Below, one piece after another: positions 37,208 through 50,600 of a stretch of DNA of 64,000 bases (positions are counted from its first letter, which is position 1; each line of letters starts with the position of its first letter). The position numbers and the translations under genes are program-made. The stretch comes from Antedon mediterranea. Lineage: Eukaryota; Animalia; Echinodermata. The notes beneath the pieces were generated by a model. That model saw only the letters and a program-made list of their open reading frames with translations. It had not been told where the DNA came from and did no database searches. The stretch spans positions 22,551,432-22,615,431 of the forward strand of contig NC_092679.1 of assembly GCF_964355755.1 (NCBI RefSeq), given 5' to 3'.

Positions 37208-38641
37208 AATTTGACTTTTTAGACTACGTAACTGTTCTCTGTTTTTGTTGTGCTTGTTTTATAGATGATTATGTACTTCCTTGATTTTTTTTTTCACCAA
37301 AATCACTGAAGTGTGACCGCACATTGTATATCTTCCGCCCTCTATTTTTGTAAAAGTTGGGGAATTGGAATTGAGTTATTTTAAAAAGGTTGATAACATT
37401 TATATTTTTGGCAAATTATTTAGGCCTACTTTGATAAAATAATATACTTTTGAAATGTATCCAAGTTTGGAATCAATATTTTCAAAAGTTTTGGAAAAAG
37501 TTCAGACGTACTACAAAAAGATGGTTCTGGAACAAAACTAGCTCTGTCTATAAATAACTATCAAACTAGCCTATTTTGACAAAAAAAATAGAAGTGTGAT
37601 GTACCCAAATATGGTAGTGATATGCCCAAATATGGTACTGATATGACATCATCGTGTCAATATGGATATGATGGGCACATCACATGTTTTTTCACATAAA
37701 GATTGATAGTGTAGAGAGAGAGCTTTTCACAGGCTTCTGACATGAAGTTAGATTTGAAACCATCGGCGGTGTGTTTTGCTTGAAAACCATGAAATTCATC
37801 TTTTTATAGTCGTATAAGTGGCATAAAATGGCATGGTGTAGCAGCCGCAAATTGTGGGTTCCACCAAAGATAATAAAAGGAGAAGGAAGATACAACAGTT
37901 CCGTTGGCGGTGTAAACCACATCCGGGTTACTATTTGCCTACGCCTGAAGGTGGCGCATTTCTTTTTCGCTAGAAGAAGTGCGCCACCTTCAGGCGTGGG
38001 TAAGGTAAAACTTTTATTGTAAATATCTATAAAAATGAAAACGATGATTATTTATCAAAATGATTATCAAAATATTAATAATATCAAAATTAGTAGAGCA
38101 CAGACGCGAGAACACATTAGATCATCACGATCCATCGAAACGTGGGATTAGACGGGAACCATATCTAGAGCCCGCCGTCGTTCGGCTGCTGGATTCTTAC
38201 GCGTCCATGAATAAGCGTCCGCGTTTCCTATCCTTCTATGTATAACAGCGCGTACTGTTGATTCTTTACCTATTTATATTCTTTGGTTCCACTCAGCTCT
38301 CTATTATAATCTCTCACATTACCTCACCGTGCAATTATATCTTGCTGGAACTATCTATGATTCATCATTCATATTCTCTTACAAATGTTATGTTACTTCA
38401 GAAGACAGAAACTTTCAGTTCCTAACCTTATTATTTTTGTGAATTAAAATTTGAAAATGTTGTATAGGCCTACTTAAGTTCGAGCTAAGTTCATACACTC
38501 GAAATACAGTAAAAAAAGTAGAAAGAACAACAAACAATTAGAGGGCGCTAGACTCATTTCCCATAACGAACGTAAATGTGCGCGAAGAAGAAAACAAGTT
38601 GTGTAGTTTTCAAATAGAAAAATCAGTGTTTTCGGCTAAAA
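37208..38641. promoter_or_regulatory. Divergent promoter region CHP1 / NUP133
   Basis: Head-to-head start codons 1.4 kb apart; CpG-richer patches; TAGAGGGCGCTA at 38539; hairpin at 37935-38003. Confidence 0.7.
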
Positions 38642-41600
38642 ATGAGCACGCCAAGGAATGCAAGGCGTTTCTCATCATTTGGATCTGCAAGATCAGCTAG
38701 ATCGACTAGTCGTAGAAGTGTAGGAATATTTAATACGAATAGTAGAAGGTCATTTCTCCCATCGCCAAATGTCAGTACAAGGTAGGCCTACGTCGTGTAA
38801 CGTTGTCGGCAGGTTAGGTCTGTTTAGCCCGGCTAGTAGTAGGCGGGGGAGAGAGAGGTGTAGGCCTCCTAGGAGGTTGAGATGTTTTGAAGTGAAAGGT
38901 AGAGGGCGCTAATTAATTTTTAGTAGAATTAATGGGATATAAATAAATTGAATCAAAAACCCATTGCTTTACTTTTTTTTTTCTTGAAATTGCATTTTTC
39001 AGGTAAATATTTTTTAAACATAATTTTTGGTCGAAGGGAAAAACTATTATTAATTAGTATTACTAGGCCCATGGATTATTATTATTTATATTTAATTTTT
39101 ATTGATTATTTGTTGGAATTTAAAATATTCAACAAAAAACTATTTTTAAGTAATCAGTATTTTTCCTTCCACTGTAGAAGTGCAGCATCACGAAGATCAT
39201 ATCTACAGTCATCCTTCCTTGCAGAGGAATGTTCATCAAACAAACTAGAAAGTTACGGCTCGTCGCTGCCGGTTCTAGTGACAGAGGCCCTCACGCTTGC
39301 TGATCGTAAGATAAACATCATTATTAATAATATTATTTATTTACAAAGAAAAAATATATATATAGAAATTGAATGCTGTAACTCAAATGATTTAGAAATA
39401 CTGCAGAAACCTGACCTTGAGTGTATATTTTGGTTTTATAGGAACTACTCGAATTACCGTCAAAGTTGACCCATCAGGATGGGCGTGGTTGGTTTGTGCT
39501 CGCAAGATGTTCATATGGTGCTTTGAGCAGAGAAGTCTCTCCAAGGTATGCAAAACGGCTCTCTCTGCAAACATAAAAAATATTGTACCGTGTGTACAAC
39601 TTTTATGACTAATAATAAATGTTTTTAATTGTATTGAAATTACACTCTTATGTGATATCGTTCTTGCTGTGTTGCAGAAAAAAAATCATTTCAATAATCA
39701 CAATGTTTCTATTTCTTAAAAATTAAAATCGTTTTTACACTCTCTTACAAAGGCAACTTTCTGTAAGGAACTAGCTCTACCGCCAAGTGAACTAAATCAC
39801 CAAGCCAAATTAGCTGGTGTCGCTGTAGGCTCGGATGGTATCGAGGTTGCTGTCATCATGGTCTCTCCAGAAGGGGTTGTCCGCTACTGGCCTAACATTG
39901 CTAAAGGAGATGCCTTTATTGAGATCAGTGCTGATCTGGACGGACAAGAGGCATTTTCACTCACTTCAGTTCAGGTATTGTCCTCTTAATTTAAAGATAT
40001 ATTGTCCCCCTACAAATTTTTTTTTTTAATTTTTTGGTTGAATATGCCATTTTAATGTCACATAATACACAGTTTGACCAAAAACTGGATCAAAAAAAAG
40101 TTTATTTACCTGAAAAAATGTTATTCTAAGCAAAAAATACTTAAATTGTCTGTCAGACAATGGTTTTTGGTTAAAATTAAATGTTTCTTATTGTCCTTTT
40201 ATAAGTGAAATATTTATTTATTTATTTTTTTATTACAGAAGTGAATAATTTTATTAAAACTGCAAAATAACCTATTTAAAGTCTGATTTTATTAATCATT
40301 AATTTTTCATGTTTTTTGGGGACAATCTGTTTTTAAAAAGTCCAGGACTTGCCACAGCGTATCATGCCTTTATCTCTGTCCTTTGTAACTAGAAAAATTA
40401 TTAATTGTCCAGATCATTTACGTAAACTAAACTAATGACTGTTTTTCTCTTCTAAGCCTTTTGGATTTATTTTAGCAACGACCACCAATCAACTGTACCT
40501 CTTCTGTCCTTCGTCGTCAAGTGGTCAGGTATGTTTTTATTTGAATATTAAATAATATTTTATAATATGCAATGACATATTAATATTGTGTATAACAATA
40601 GGAGTTGGTTGTAGTGTTAAAACAAATATTTCCCCTTGATCAAGTCATTGGAAAGTGGCTACTTAATGGGAGTCCCAAAGAAGAGTTCTACTGTATAAAA
40701 ATGTGAAATACTGCGACAATATTGATCTTTGCTTTTATTAATTTCAGAATACTGTTGCATGCTACGGGCTAAGTGAGAATTCTGGTATGCTCGCCAAGTT
40801 TTCATCCTTAATCTTCGGACAACAGAAATCTTCATCACCTGTAAGTTGGTTCTGAATTGACGTAAATACTTACAAAATGGAAATTGTACTTTTTTTTTCT
40901 GATGAAAACATCTCTGAAGTTTGATTGGTGCATGAACTGTATGTATTTAAAATTAAGTAACTACATTGCTTTTTGGTTGATAGGGTGTACGGAGTATCTT
41001 GGCTGGAACAGAACAAGAATCTGACATGCAACCACTCTATGTTATACATAATAAGTACCTACAGAAATGGTTGATATCACACCCAGGCACAGAGAAGGCT
41101 AGTATTATTACTTATACTCAGTACAAAATATGAGCTGAAATCTTAAATAGCACAACCTTGGTTGTGTGCAAACTTTGTTTGCCGCTCTGTGTATTTTGCA
41201 ATGTATTTTGCTAAAAGCATTCAATTTATTTTCATGTTTTACCATCTACTGTAATGATCAGTCTATTATACATGGAATCACGATGCTGATGTTATGGTTC
41301 CACGGTCTTAACCGCTTACTCAAAGTTAAACAGAATCCTAGTTTTAAATTGCCTTATATGAATGTTATTATTGTTTTTTAATCAATTAGATTGTTTATGA
41401 AGTTGATGCTGAAGAGATGTTACTAAAGGAGATGAGTAAAGTAAAGTATAAATTGTTTTTCTATTTTCTTTAAAGGTTAAAGGTTAAAGGGCAAAAAAAA
41501 ATACAGTAAAGTGCAAAAACGCTATAGGCCAATGATAAAATATGGTTAATAGGTTAATGTTAAAATACTGTGAAAATGATTAAAAATCAAAACACAAATT

Positions 41601-44600
41601 ACAGTATAGAGTCATCGTCGATCATTTGAATTATACATATGAATGCGATTGGCTTTTGGTGATTGGCTTTTGGTGATTGGCTTTTGGTGATTGGCTTTTG
41701 GTGATTGGCTTTTGGTGATTGGCTTTTGGTGATTGGCTTTTGGTGATTGGCTTTTGGTGATTGGCTTTTGGTGATTGGCTTTTGGTGATTGGCTTTTGGT
41801 GATTGGCTTTTGGTGATTGGCTTTTGGTGATTGGCTTTTGGTGATTGGCTTTTGGTGGTGGTAGTTTAATGACAGATCTATTAAAATTGTACCAGTAATG
41901 TCATGAATGGGTGTTGTCTTTAATATTTTCTTAAGATACACTTCTCATAAATCAATTAGATCTGCTTTGGATATGTTGTGCAATTTTTCATGGTCTCTCT
42001 ATATTTTTCATGGTCTCTATATTTTTCATGGTCTCTCTATATTTTTCATGGTCTCTCTATATTTTTCATGGTCTCTCTATATTTTTCATGGTCTCTCTAT
42101 ATTTTTCATGGTCTCTATATTTTTCATGGTCTCTATATTTTTCATGGTCTCTCTATATTTTTCATGGTCTCTCTATATTTTTCATGGTCTCTCTATATTT
42201 TTTTTACCTTTTTCACAATATATTTATTCCTTTGAATATTGACATAGATTCTATTTTTATTTATTTTTTCTTTCAGGATTCTGCTGAAATTGACATGCAT
42301 GTACTGTTGATTGATAGCCACATATCAAAGTAAGTTCATGGTTTAGATTTAAAATAAAAATCGTCTCACTTTTCAGTTGATTTCTGTGAATTTGAAAGTG
42401 TGAAAGAACGTTTATTGTTTTAACATTCCAGTATTTTTTGTAATTGTTATACAGTACTACATTGACAGTATTATGTGGATTCTATAGCAAGTCTTCTCCA
42501 TCAGTATTACGCTTTGCTCTCGGTGAGTAATTTACTTGTTTTATTTCCCGGGCAAAACTGTATTCTTCTTGATCCAGATATATTAAGCTCTGTCTACACT
42601 ATCAAACTTTATGTGACAAAAAAATGTGATGTGCCCATATATGGACATGATGTCATATTACTACCATATTTGGGCACATCACACTAGTTTGATAGTGTAG
42701 GCAGAGCTTTAGATATAATTTCCTGAATCTATTCTGTAAGAAAAAATGCTTATTTAAACTGAGACAAAGATGTTATATTCAATTTTAAGAACTCTCTTAA
42801 AAAATATATTTCAAAGTTATCAGCCTTTTAATTTCTAGAATACCGCTGAAATCCCAATGGAAATTGAGCTATCCTGGAAAATCTTTTATTAATGCATTTA
42901 TTTTGTAATTTCAGTAATTTATGTTATCACTTTGTATGTATATTTTATGATGATTGTCCTAATAAATTAAATTTTAAAAACCAAACATAATTTTACAGTT
43001 TTTTCTCCAACTTTTTGTAATTTTAGCGAGTATTGACGTGTCTTCAAGTAATGCACCACCAACCAGCATACAGTCACTCACATTTACCCCATACCAAATA
43101 TCATTTAAGGTTAGTGAACTTAACTCAATGCCTCAGTCTGTAAGCCCTTATCTGAGAAAGATATTGAAATACTCTTGAATTTGTTTTAAAATTTATAATT
43201 AAACATGATGATTATTTTATGAAATATTTCAGGAAGATGATGAAGAAACATTTTTAATCTACAAAGTTGTTATTTCTGGTAGCTCCTCATACATATACAG
43301 CCACAATGTATTGTACACATATACAGGTAAATGTATGTTGGGTGGTACATTAGGCCTGTAATGTTAACCAATCACAGTATCAACTGAAAACATGAAAATG
43401 TCACTAAAAATAATGTGATGTATACCAAATAAAAAACAGTAGTCGTGTGCCAAACAAGTGTTCTATTAATCACATTTAAGCACGTCCGTTCTGGCGGATA
43501 GCTATTCTATATGCTAACCATGTACGTTCAAACTTTTACAATTATATACGACCCAACAAATGACTTGAATGATTTTTGTAGTTTTTATATTTTATGCTCT
43601 TTTTTTCCTATAGCAACTGATAGTGGTCCTGTGTTTGACAAGATAGACTTAAACCAACCAGGTGACGGTATTCTGGGGGCAGGTGTGTACATAGTTTTAT
43701 TTTAGATAACTTTCTATGTATTTTGCCAAGGATTGTCAGCAGAGAGTTCTAATTGTAACACTTGATAGAACAAAATCTTTTTTTAAAGATATTAAAGATG
43801 TAGTGTCCCCCTGAAAAAATAATTTGTTAAATTTGTTTTGTTTTGTCACACAATAGTTATCATTTTAACCAAAAATTGGACCTGAAAAAAAGTATTTACC
43901 TGAAAAAACAGTAATTCAAAGCAAAAAATAGTCAAGTGTGTTTTTGTTGGATTTAGCCATTATTGATAGTGAAAACATTTTTTTTAAATTATTTCTATTG
44001 AAGTGATTAACTTTATTAAAACTGCAAAAAGTTTGATTTAATTAATTTTCATTTTTCCAGTTTTTGGGGGACAATACATCTCTGAGTGGTGTTTTTTTAA
44101 CTACCTTGTACTCTATGCTAATTTTATTCTAAAAGAGTAAATATTCTGTGTACATGAATTAACTGAATGTGGTTTTTCTTTTTCAGGTCTTAGCGAAACG
44201 TTACCGGTTTTCTTTACCAAGAACTTTGGACTTGTTTCCGTGAAGTCAAACGTTAACGAATCAAGGTATATGAACACTCTCCAGTCTTTTAGCATTAATG
44301 TACTGTACGGTATTTGCCATTATTTTCGCGTATGAAATTTTTCGCGATTTACCAAACGCGTTTTGATAGTTTTAGGCCATTTTAGTTAAATGTGTAAATT
44401 AGCTACCAGGTTTTCCTCTTTCAATCGGACACTGTTTCTCTACGTAATTGTCAATATTTTCACGAGTTGAAAATGTTGCCAAACTGTTTTTTTTCCCTCT
44501 AAATTTATTAAAAATTGTTCTTTTAGTTTTCTTCCTGATGAGTCATTTGCTAGTACAAGTACCAAACTTGAGGTAAAATTTTCGCAAATTTAATATTTAT

Positions 44601-47600
44601 GTTGATTACATAGTGAACAATTTTTCACCTTTAGCTAACCAAATCGGGCTATTATTAGGATGTAATGATAAATATATTTTACTCTGGGGATATGTTTTTG
44701 TGTATCTAAAACAATCTGGAGAAATTGCACTTTAGGCAGGAGATGGTCAATTAAAAAAATATTAGCATTAGCTATGATTACCATGGCAGACTTATGAGGT
44801 CTGTTCTTTTTAGATAATTATTATTATTTGTAAATAATGAAGTGTTGTCTTTCAGCAATCTATAGCAGCGGTGCCTACATTTTCTGAGCTACCGATTGGG
44901 GACGCTATTGATGATAAGGTCACAGGTCTCAAGGCAGTGTTCATTCAAGCATGCGGTCACAAAAAGGTATGGAGTTAAATAACCAGGGGTGAGTCTGGGG
45001 TGTTACAGTTTTCGCGATCTCAACCTAACCCTTAAAGAGAATTATTTGGTGCGAAAATGCAGTAGTAGGTGCAAAGTGATAGATTGTAAATCTCTCTCTA
45101 CACTATCAACTTTATGTGACAACAATTTTGATGTGCCCATAATGATGATAAGGATGATGTCATATCACTACCATATTAGGTACGTCACACTTTTTTTGTC
45201 GAACTATTTGATAGTGTAGACAGAGCAATTTTTATATCTTTTTTTTTTTTTGTATTTACTTTTAGGTGTTAACAAAATAAATAAAATAAAAACAAGTTAC
45301 AGAAAAACAATTTGTTTTTTATTAATTTGTTTTATGACATTTTAGGAAGTCGCTGATTCGCTATTGGAGAAGGTTTTCCCAAACATCTTTGAGATGATGC
45401 CCCAGGCCAGTTCATCATTAGACCAGACAGTTGTCAAGATCAGTCAGGATGTCATAGATGACTTTCCAGCTTCTGATCCACGTTGGGCTGACTCAGTGCC
45501 AGGAGGTAAGCTGAGGAGCAAATTTGTTCGCATGAATCCGACGTTTCGCAGAGAAAAAAATGTTGCTAGTTTTTGACCCATAATGTTCATTCTTAAAACT
45601 TTTTTTTTACAGATCCGTCTTCTACAATAAGCTCTGTAATCATTCTCCATCAATTAGAGGACAAACTCAAAGTTCACGATCAGTTTATTTACTTCCTAAA
45701 ATCCATGAAAATTTGGAATAAGGTTGGTGATGTAAATTATTCTAATCATTATTTTTCTTTTTTATTACAATTTTAATGTTGTGCTTAATTCAAAAGAACT
45801 TTGTACTTATAATATCTTAGGTTTTTAAGCTCTTTCTACAGTATCAATCTAGTTAGAGAAAAAAAGTGTTCAAATATGGTAGTAATATGACATCATCATG
45901 TCCATATATGGGCACATCACATTTTCTTGTCACATACAGTTTGATAGTACGTATAGACAGAGCTTATAGACCATTTTGTCTATTTACACTTTTTTATACC
46001 TTAGCTTCATTCTGTGATTGCTAGAGACAAGGCAATGAGCACCCACAAGATGTTATGTGAGCATGCTGAGAAAATAGTAGCTGCTATTTCATTAAGGAAT
46101 CTTCATACAATGTAAGTATTAAGAGGGAAGAGAATGATGGAATTTAGTGGATGAGAGGGAGGGAGAGAGAATGATGGAATTTAGTGGACGAGAGAGAGAA
46201 AGATGGAATTTAGTGGATGAGAGGGAGAAAGATGGAATTTAGCGGATGAGAGGGAGAAAGAGAGAAAGATGGAATTTAGTGGATGAGAGGGAGAAAAATG
46301 GAATTTAGTGGATGAGAGGGAGAAAGAAAGAATGATGGAATTTAGTGGATGAGAGGGAGGAAGAAAGAATGATGGAATTTAGTGGATGAGAGGGAGGAAG
46401 AAAGAATGATGGAATTTAGTGGATGAGAGGGAGAAAGAGAGAAAGATGGAATTTAGTGGATGAGAGGGAGGAAGAAAGAATGATGGAATTTAGTGGATGA
46501 GAGGGAGAAAGAAAGAATGATGGAATTTAGTGGATGAGAGGGAGAAAGAAAGAATGATGGAATTTAGTGGATGAGAGGGAGAAAGAAAGAATGATGGAAT
46601 TTAGTGGATGAGAGGGAGAAAGAAAGAATGATGGAATTTAGTGGATGTTCTGGAAAAGAATACCTTGCATAATAGGATGTGTATTATGTAGTCAGTTATT
46701 ACTGTCAATTTTTACTAGGCACCCAAATATAGTCGATGCTGCTATATTGAAAGTTGTTCAAAATCGTGGCTCTACAAGGGTGCCCTCTGGATTGACAGTT
46801 CAAGATGTATTCTATCGACAGGTTTGTATTAATAAAAAACATAATAAATATACATTTGATATATATATTTCTGTTTTACGATGATTTACTTTACCACCAG
46901 AACTAAGTTGCCTGTCTCATGTCTCAAGTAATTTAAAATTTGCACATCTTTCCCCTCCATTAAACTTGATACAATTCCATTTAAGAGGTGTGTTCTTGTA
47001 CATTATTCTGTTTTGTAATTTCTAAATGTTCAGGTCTCAAAAATTAATGAACTGTTTGAGAATCTATTTGAGCATGAGAAGGAAGTTCTGTCTGTTGAAG
47101 CAAGCATGCCTGGACAACACCTGCAGACCATTATGGCAGTCAACAGTATCTTTGAGGTATGATCCAAACCTTTTCTAAATTAATCTATAATTATTTTAAG
47201 AGAGTTTTCACAACATGACCGGTCTTGATAAACTCACCCAAGAGAGTAATTTTATGATATTTTTTATAATTATTTTGTTCATAGGGTATGCTTCAAAAAG
47301 CTTGTCAGTACCGGTCATCCAAGACACTTATCTACCAATCAGAGGGCACGACAGCTGCTGAACAACTGTGCCTCCCATGGACAGCTTCACAAGGCACACG
47401 TGGGGTCAGGTCATTACTAAGCCAACAGGTAAGCACATCATATTAGGGAACTTATATGTTATATTTAACATAAATGTTAACTTTAACGGATGACATCAAC
47501 ATTTTACTCATTTGCAAAACAGTGTAGTTTAGCGAACAGTTGCGTTAACGTACTTGTTCGTTTGATTTAGCACTTCGACTGTAAGCGCACAACGCAACAA

Positions 47601-50600
47601 ATGCCGCTCGTATTAAAACAAATCATGGAATACATTGGGCCTATTGACTAGGTCTAGCTAGGCAAAAAGTATCAAAATGTTTACAGAAAGCTGAACATGC
47701 GTTAGAGATCATTAATTATCACCATTTAGATAGGGCTAATTCAAAATGACATGTGATGCGTAATTAACCAATCAAATTGCCAAAAATTTTAAAAATGAAT
47801 AATCTTTTCTTCTTTTCTCTAGCATGGCATCGCAATAAGCAAAGGCACTCCAGAGATAACCACTAGCCATCAGAAGAACACACTGTTTCAACAACTGACA
47901 GAGTTAATTGAGATGATACTGAATGGATATCTAGATGAGTTGCACGCCCTCAAGGAGTCTGTCGGAGAGGATGACAGCCAGTATGAGCAGGTCTTGCATA
48001 AATATCAACAAGAACGGCATAACCTCATAACACCATTAGGTAAGTCCGTATCATAAGTCTCAAATTGGAAGCAAAAACAAGTTATAATAATATCCTGGAT
48101 TTATAAAATGTCTGAGGTTGTGAAACTGGTTAAATTCAACCAAAAATTCATTGTCTGGCAGCCAATTTGACCATGTTTTGCTTTAATTTACATTTATTTT
48201 AGGTAAATACATTTTTTCGATCCAATTTTTGTCCAAGTAGATAACTATTATGTTACATTAAAATGGAATATTAAAAAAACATTTTTTAAGATTTATTTTT
48301 TCAGGGGGACAATATATCTTTAATGGTTAGATATACATTTTATAAACTGTATGTTTCTTCTTTCTATAGTTGATTTAGGTCAAAATGATAAAGCTGCATC
48401 TTTAGCTGAGAAATTTTGTGATTTCCGAATTCTTGTCCGACTTTGTGAAGCTACTAATGATAATTCAAAGTTACAGAAGTATATGAATAAGTTTGGAAAT
48501 AAGGTGAGTTTTTTTTTAAACACCCTTATATATCTATATACAATGAACAATTACACCTAAAGTATTTATGTTTAATTACATTTATGGTTTTTTTTTCTTA
48601 GGGTTTTTCGGAATTTGTATTCAAGTATTATATGGATCAAGGTATTTATTATTTTTATTTCATTTTAGAAAAATGGATTGAAATGTAACCTTGTTTTTAA
48701 AAACAACTTGTATAGAATTCCAGTTATATTACAAAACACATGCTTCATGATATCTGTTTTGGAGGACTTAAGCAAAATTACTCAAATATTGAGGTATTAA
48801 GATAGATTTCTTTTCAAATTTCTAGGCAAACGAGGCAAACTATTGTCGCATTCATTTGGACACCAACAAGAGCTTGCTGATTTTCTACAGTCACATGACA
48901 ACCTTAGTTGGTTACATCATATTAACACCAATGACTATACACAGGTATACACACTTCAAATTTGATTAACAAATGATGGAGTATTTGTTTTATAAGTTGT
49001 GTGTACATTGTGTTTTGCTCCTTCAAATTTAGAGAAAAAGTTGTATACCGTTTACCTGTTTTTTCTTCTACTTTTAGGCACATGAAACTTTATGGAGAAT
49101 TAGTCAAGAAGAAGTCAACTCGCTTTCAAAGAAAAAGGTGATACTGTTTTTTTAGCACTTTGCATTTATTTACAATGCTCAAAGCAAAAAAAAATATTTT
49201 GTCAGTGGAGGCAATATATATAATATAATGTTAGCTATGTATTTACATTTTGTATATATTTTATCTAATTTTAGACTCTACTTAGCCTGAGTAAGCTGTC
49301 CATGTTAGCGAGTGATGATCCAGTTGAGCGGAACATTGATGGTAAGTCAAAATGCTTCTTGCAAGAAAGAAATATTAGGGTTTTTCTTAAGCTCTGTTTA
49401 CACTATCAAATATGGTAGTGATATGACATCATCATGCCATATATATGGACATAATTGTTTGTGACATAAGTTTGGTAGTGTAGACAGAGCTTTCGTGTTG
49501 ATATTTGCTACTTGTTGATAAAAAAAAAAAATAGACAAATTTAAATGCTTTTTTTCTTTTTGTAGAGCTTAATACGCAGTTGGACATAATACTACATCAG
49601 GAGACGCTACCACAGCCAATTTTGCAGGTAATAATGTGAATGTGAAATGTTTTGATTTAATTTTATTAATATTTAAAGGGGGATTCTGGGTTTAAAATTG
49701 GTTTTAAATATCGTTTATTTATTAAATAAAAAATATTATAACAATATAGACATGTCAGAATGAAGAAGTAATAACGAGAAATTAAAAAAATTAAATTTCA
49801 TATACATTTAGGGTAAATTCATGGAAAGTCTGTTTTTCAGCAGCTTAGGGAAGCTCATTAATATTCATGAGATATTCACAAAATCACGTCACCAGTGGAT
49901 TCCAAACTCGCGACGTCATGTACGTTGTGTTTGTCAACTAATTTACATCTCTCTCCCCTGTCAAACGACGACTACCCGATCATTGTGAAATACATTTTTT
50001 GTAGATTTTCTAAGCTAGGCCTAAAGTGTAATAATAACAGTAGTAGCATATATTTATTTGACATTTAATGAAATACAAAATTTAGTACAGATACGGAGTC
50101 ATAAATTATACTATTTTTATACCTCTATAGTACAGATCGTATTATCGGCTTCACGTACAATACTACTCTAGGCCTAGCCTAATAATAATATGGGCGAGAG
50201 CCATTCTGACTAGGGATTTCATGCCACGATGGCTACGTTAAAACAATGGGGCCCATGGGCCTAGCTAGCCTACTACTAGACGATTGGCCCATAAATAACA
50301 AAACCCATCCTATCAACCAAACTCCTAAACAATCTAAACCTAAAACGTTCTACAAAATCGGCTGTAAATATTGAAGCAAAACAAGGTCCGATTGCCGTCC
50401 ACACGTATGGTGTCCCGATCGTCTAAGTAGGCCTAAAATAAAATAGGCTTAGTTTACTCTCCAAAAAAGCGGATACTCATGCATCAAGCAAGTAGACCAG
50501 GTAGTAGGAAGGAGACCTAGCCGATCCGGCCCAGTTAAAAATTGAGCTAGCTAGTGTAGTAGACCCTATGCGAATTGATACTACCAGGCCTTTTACTATA

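Noticed and set aside
38060-38260. snRNA or U3-like gene on the minus strand (TGATGATC, Sm-like AATTTTG)
   Set aside because: No match to recognisable 5' ends or box arrangements of U3, U11 or U12; an Rfam search would be needed.
41612-42333. Repetitive ORFs (ANHQKPITKSQSPK; SLYFSW)
   Set aside because: Translations of stop-free minisatellites in a NUP133 intron.
45020-45035. CTAACCCT as a telomerase RNA template or telomeric repeat
   Set aside because: A single occurrence with no supporting structure.
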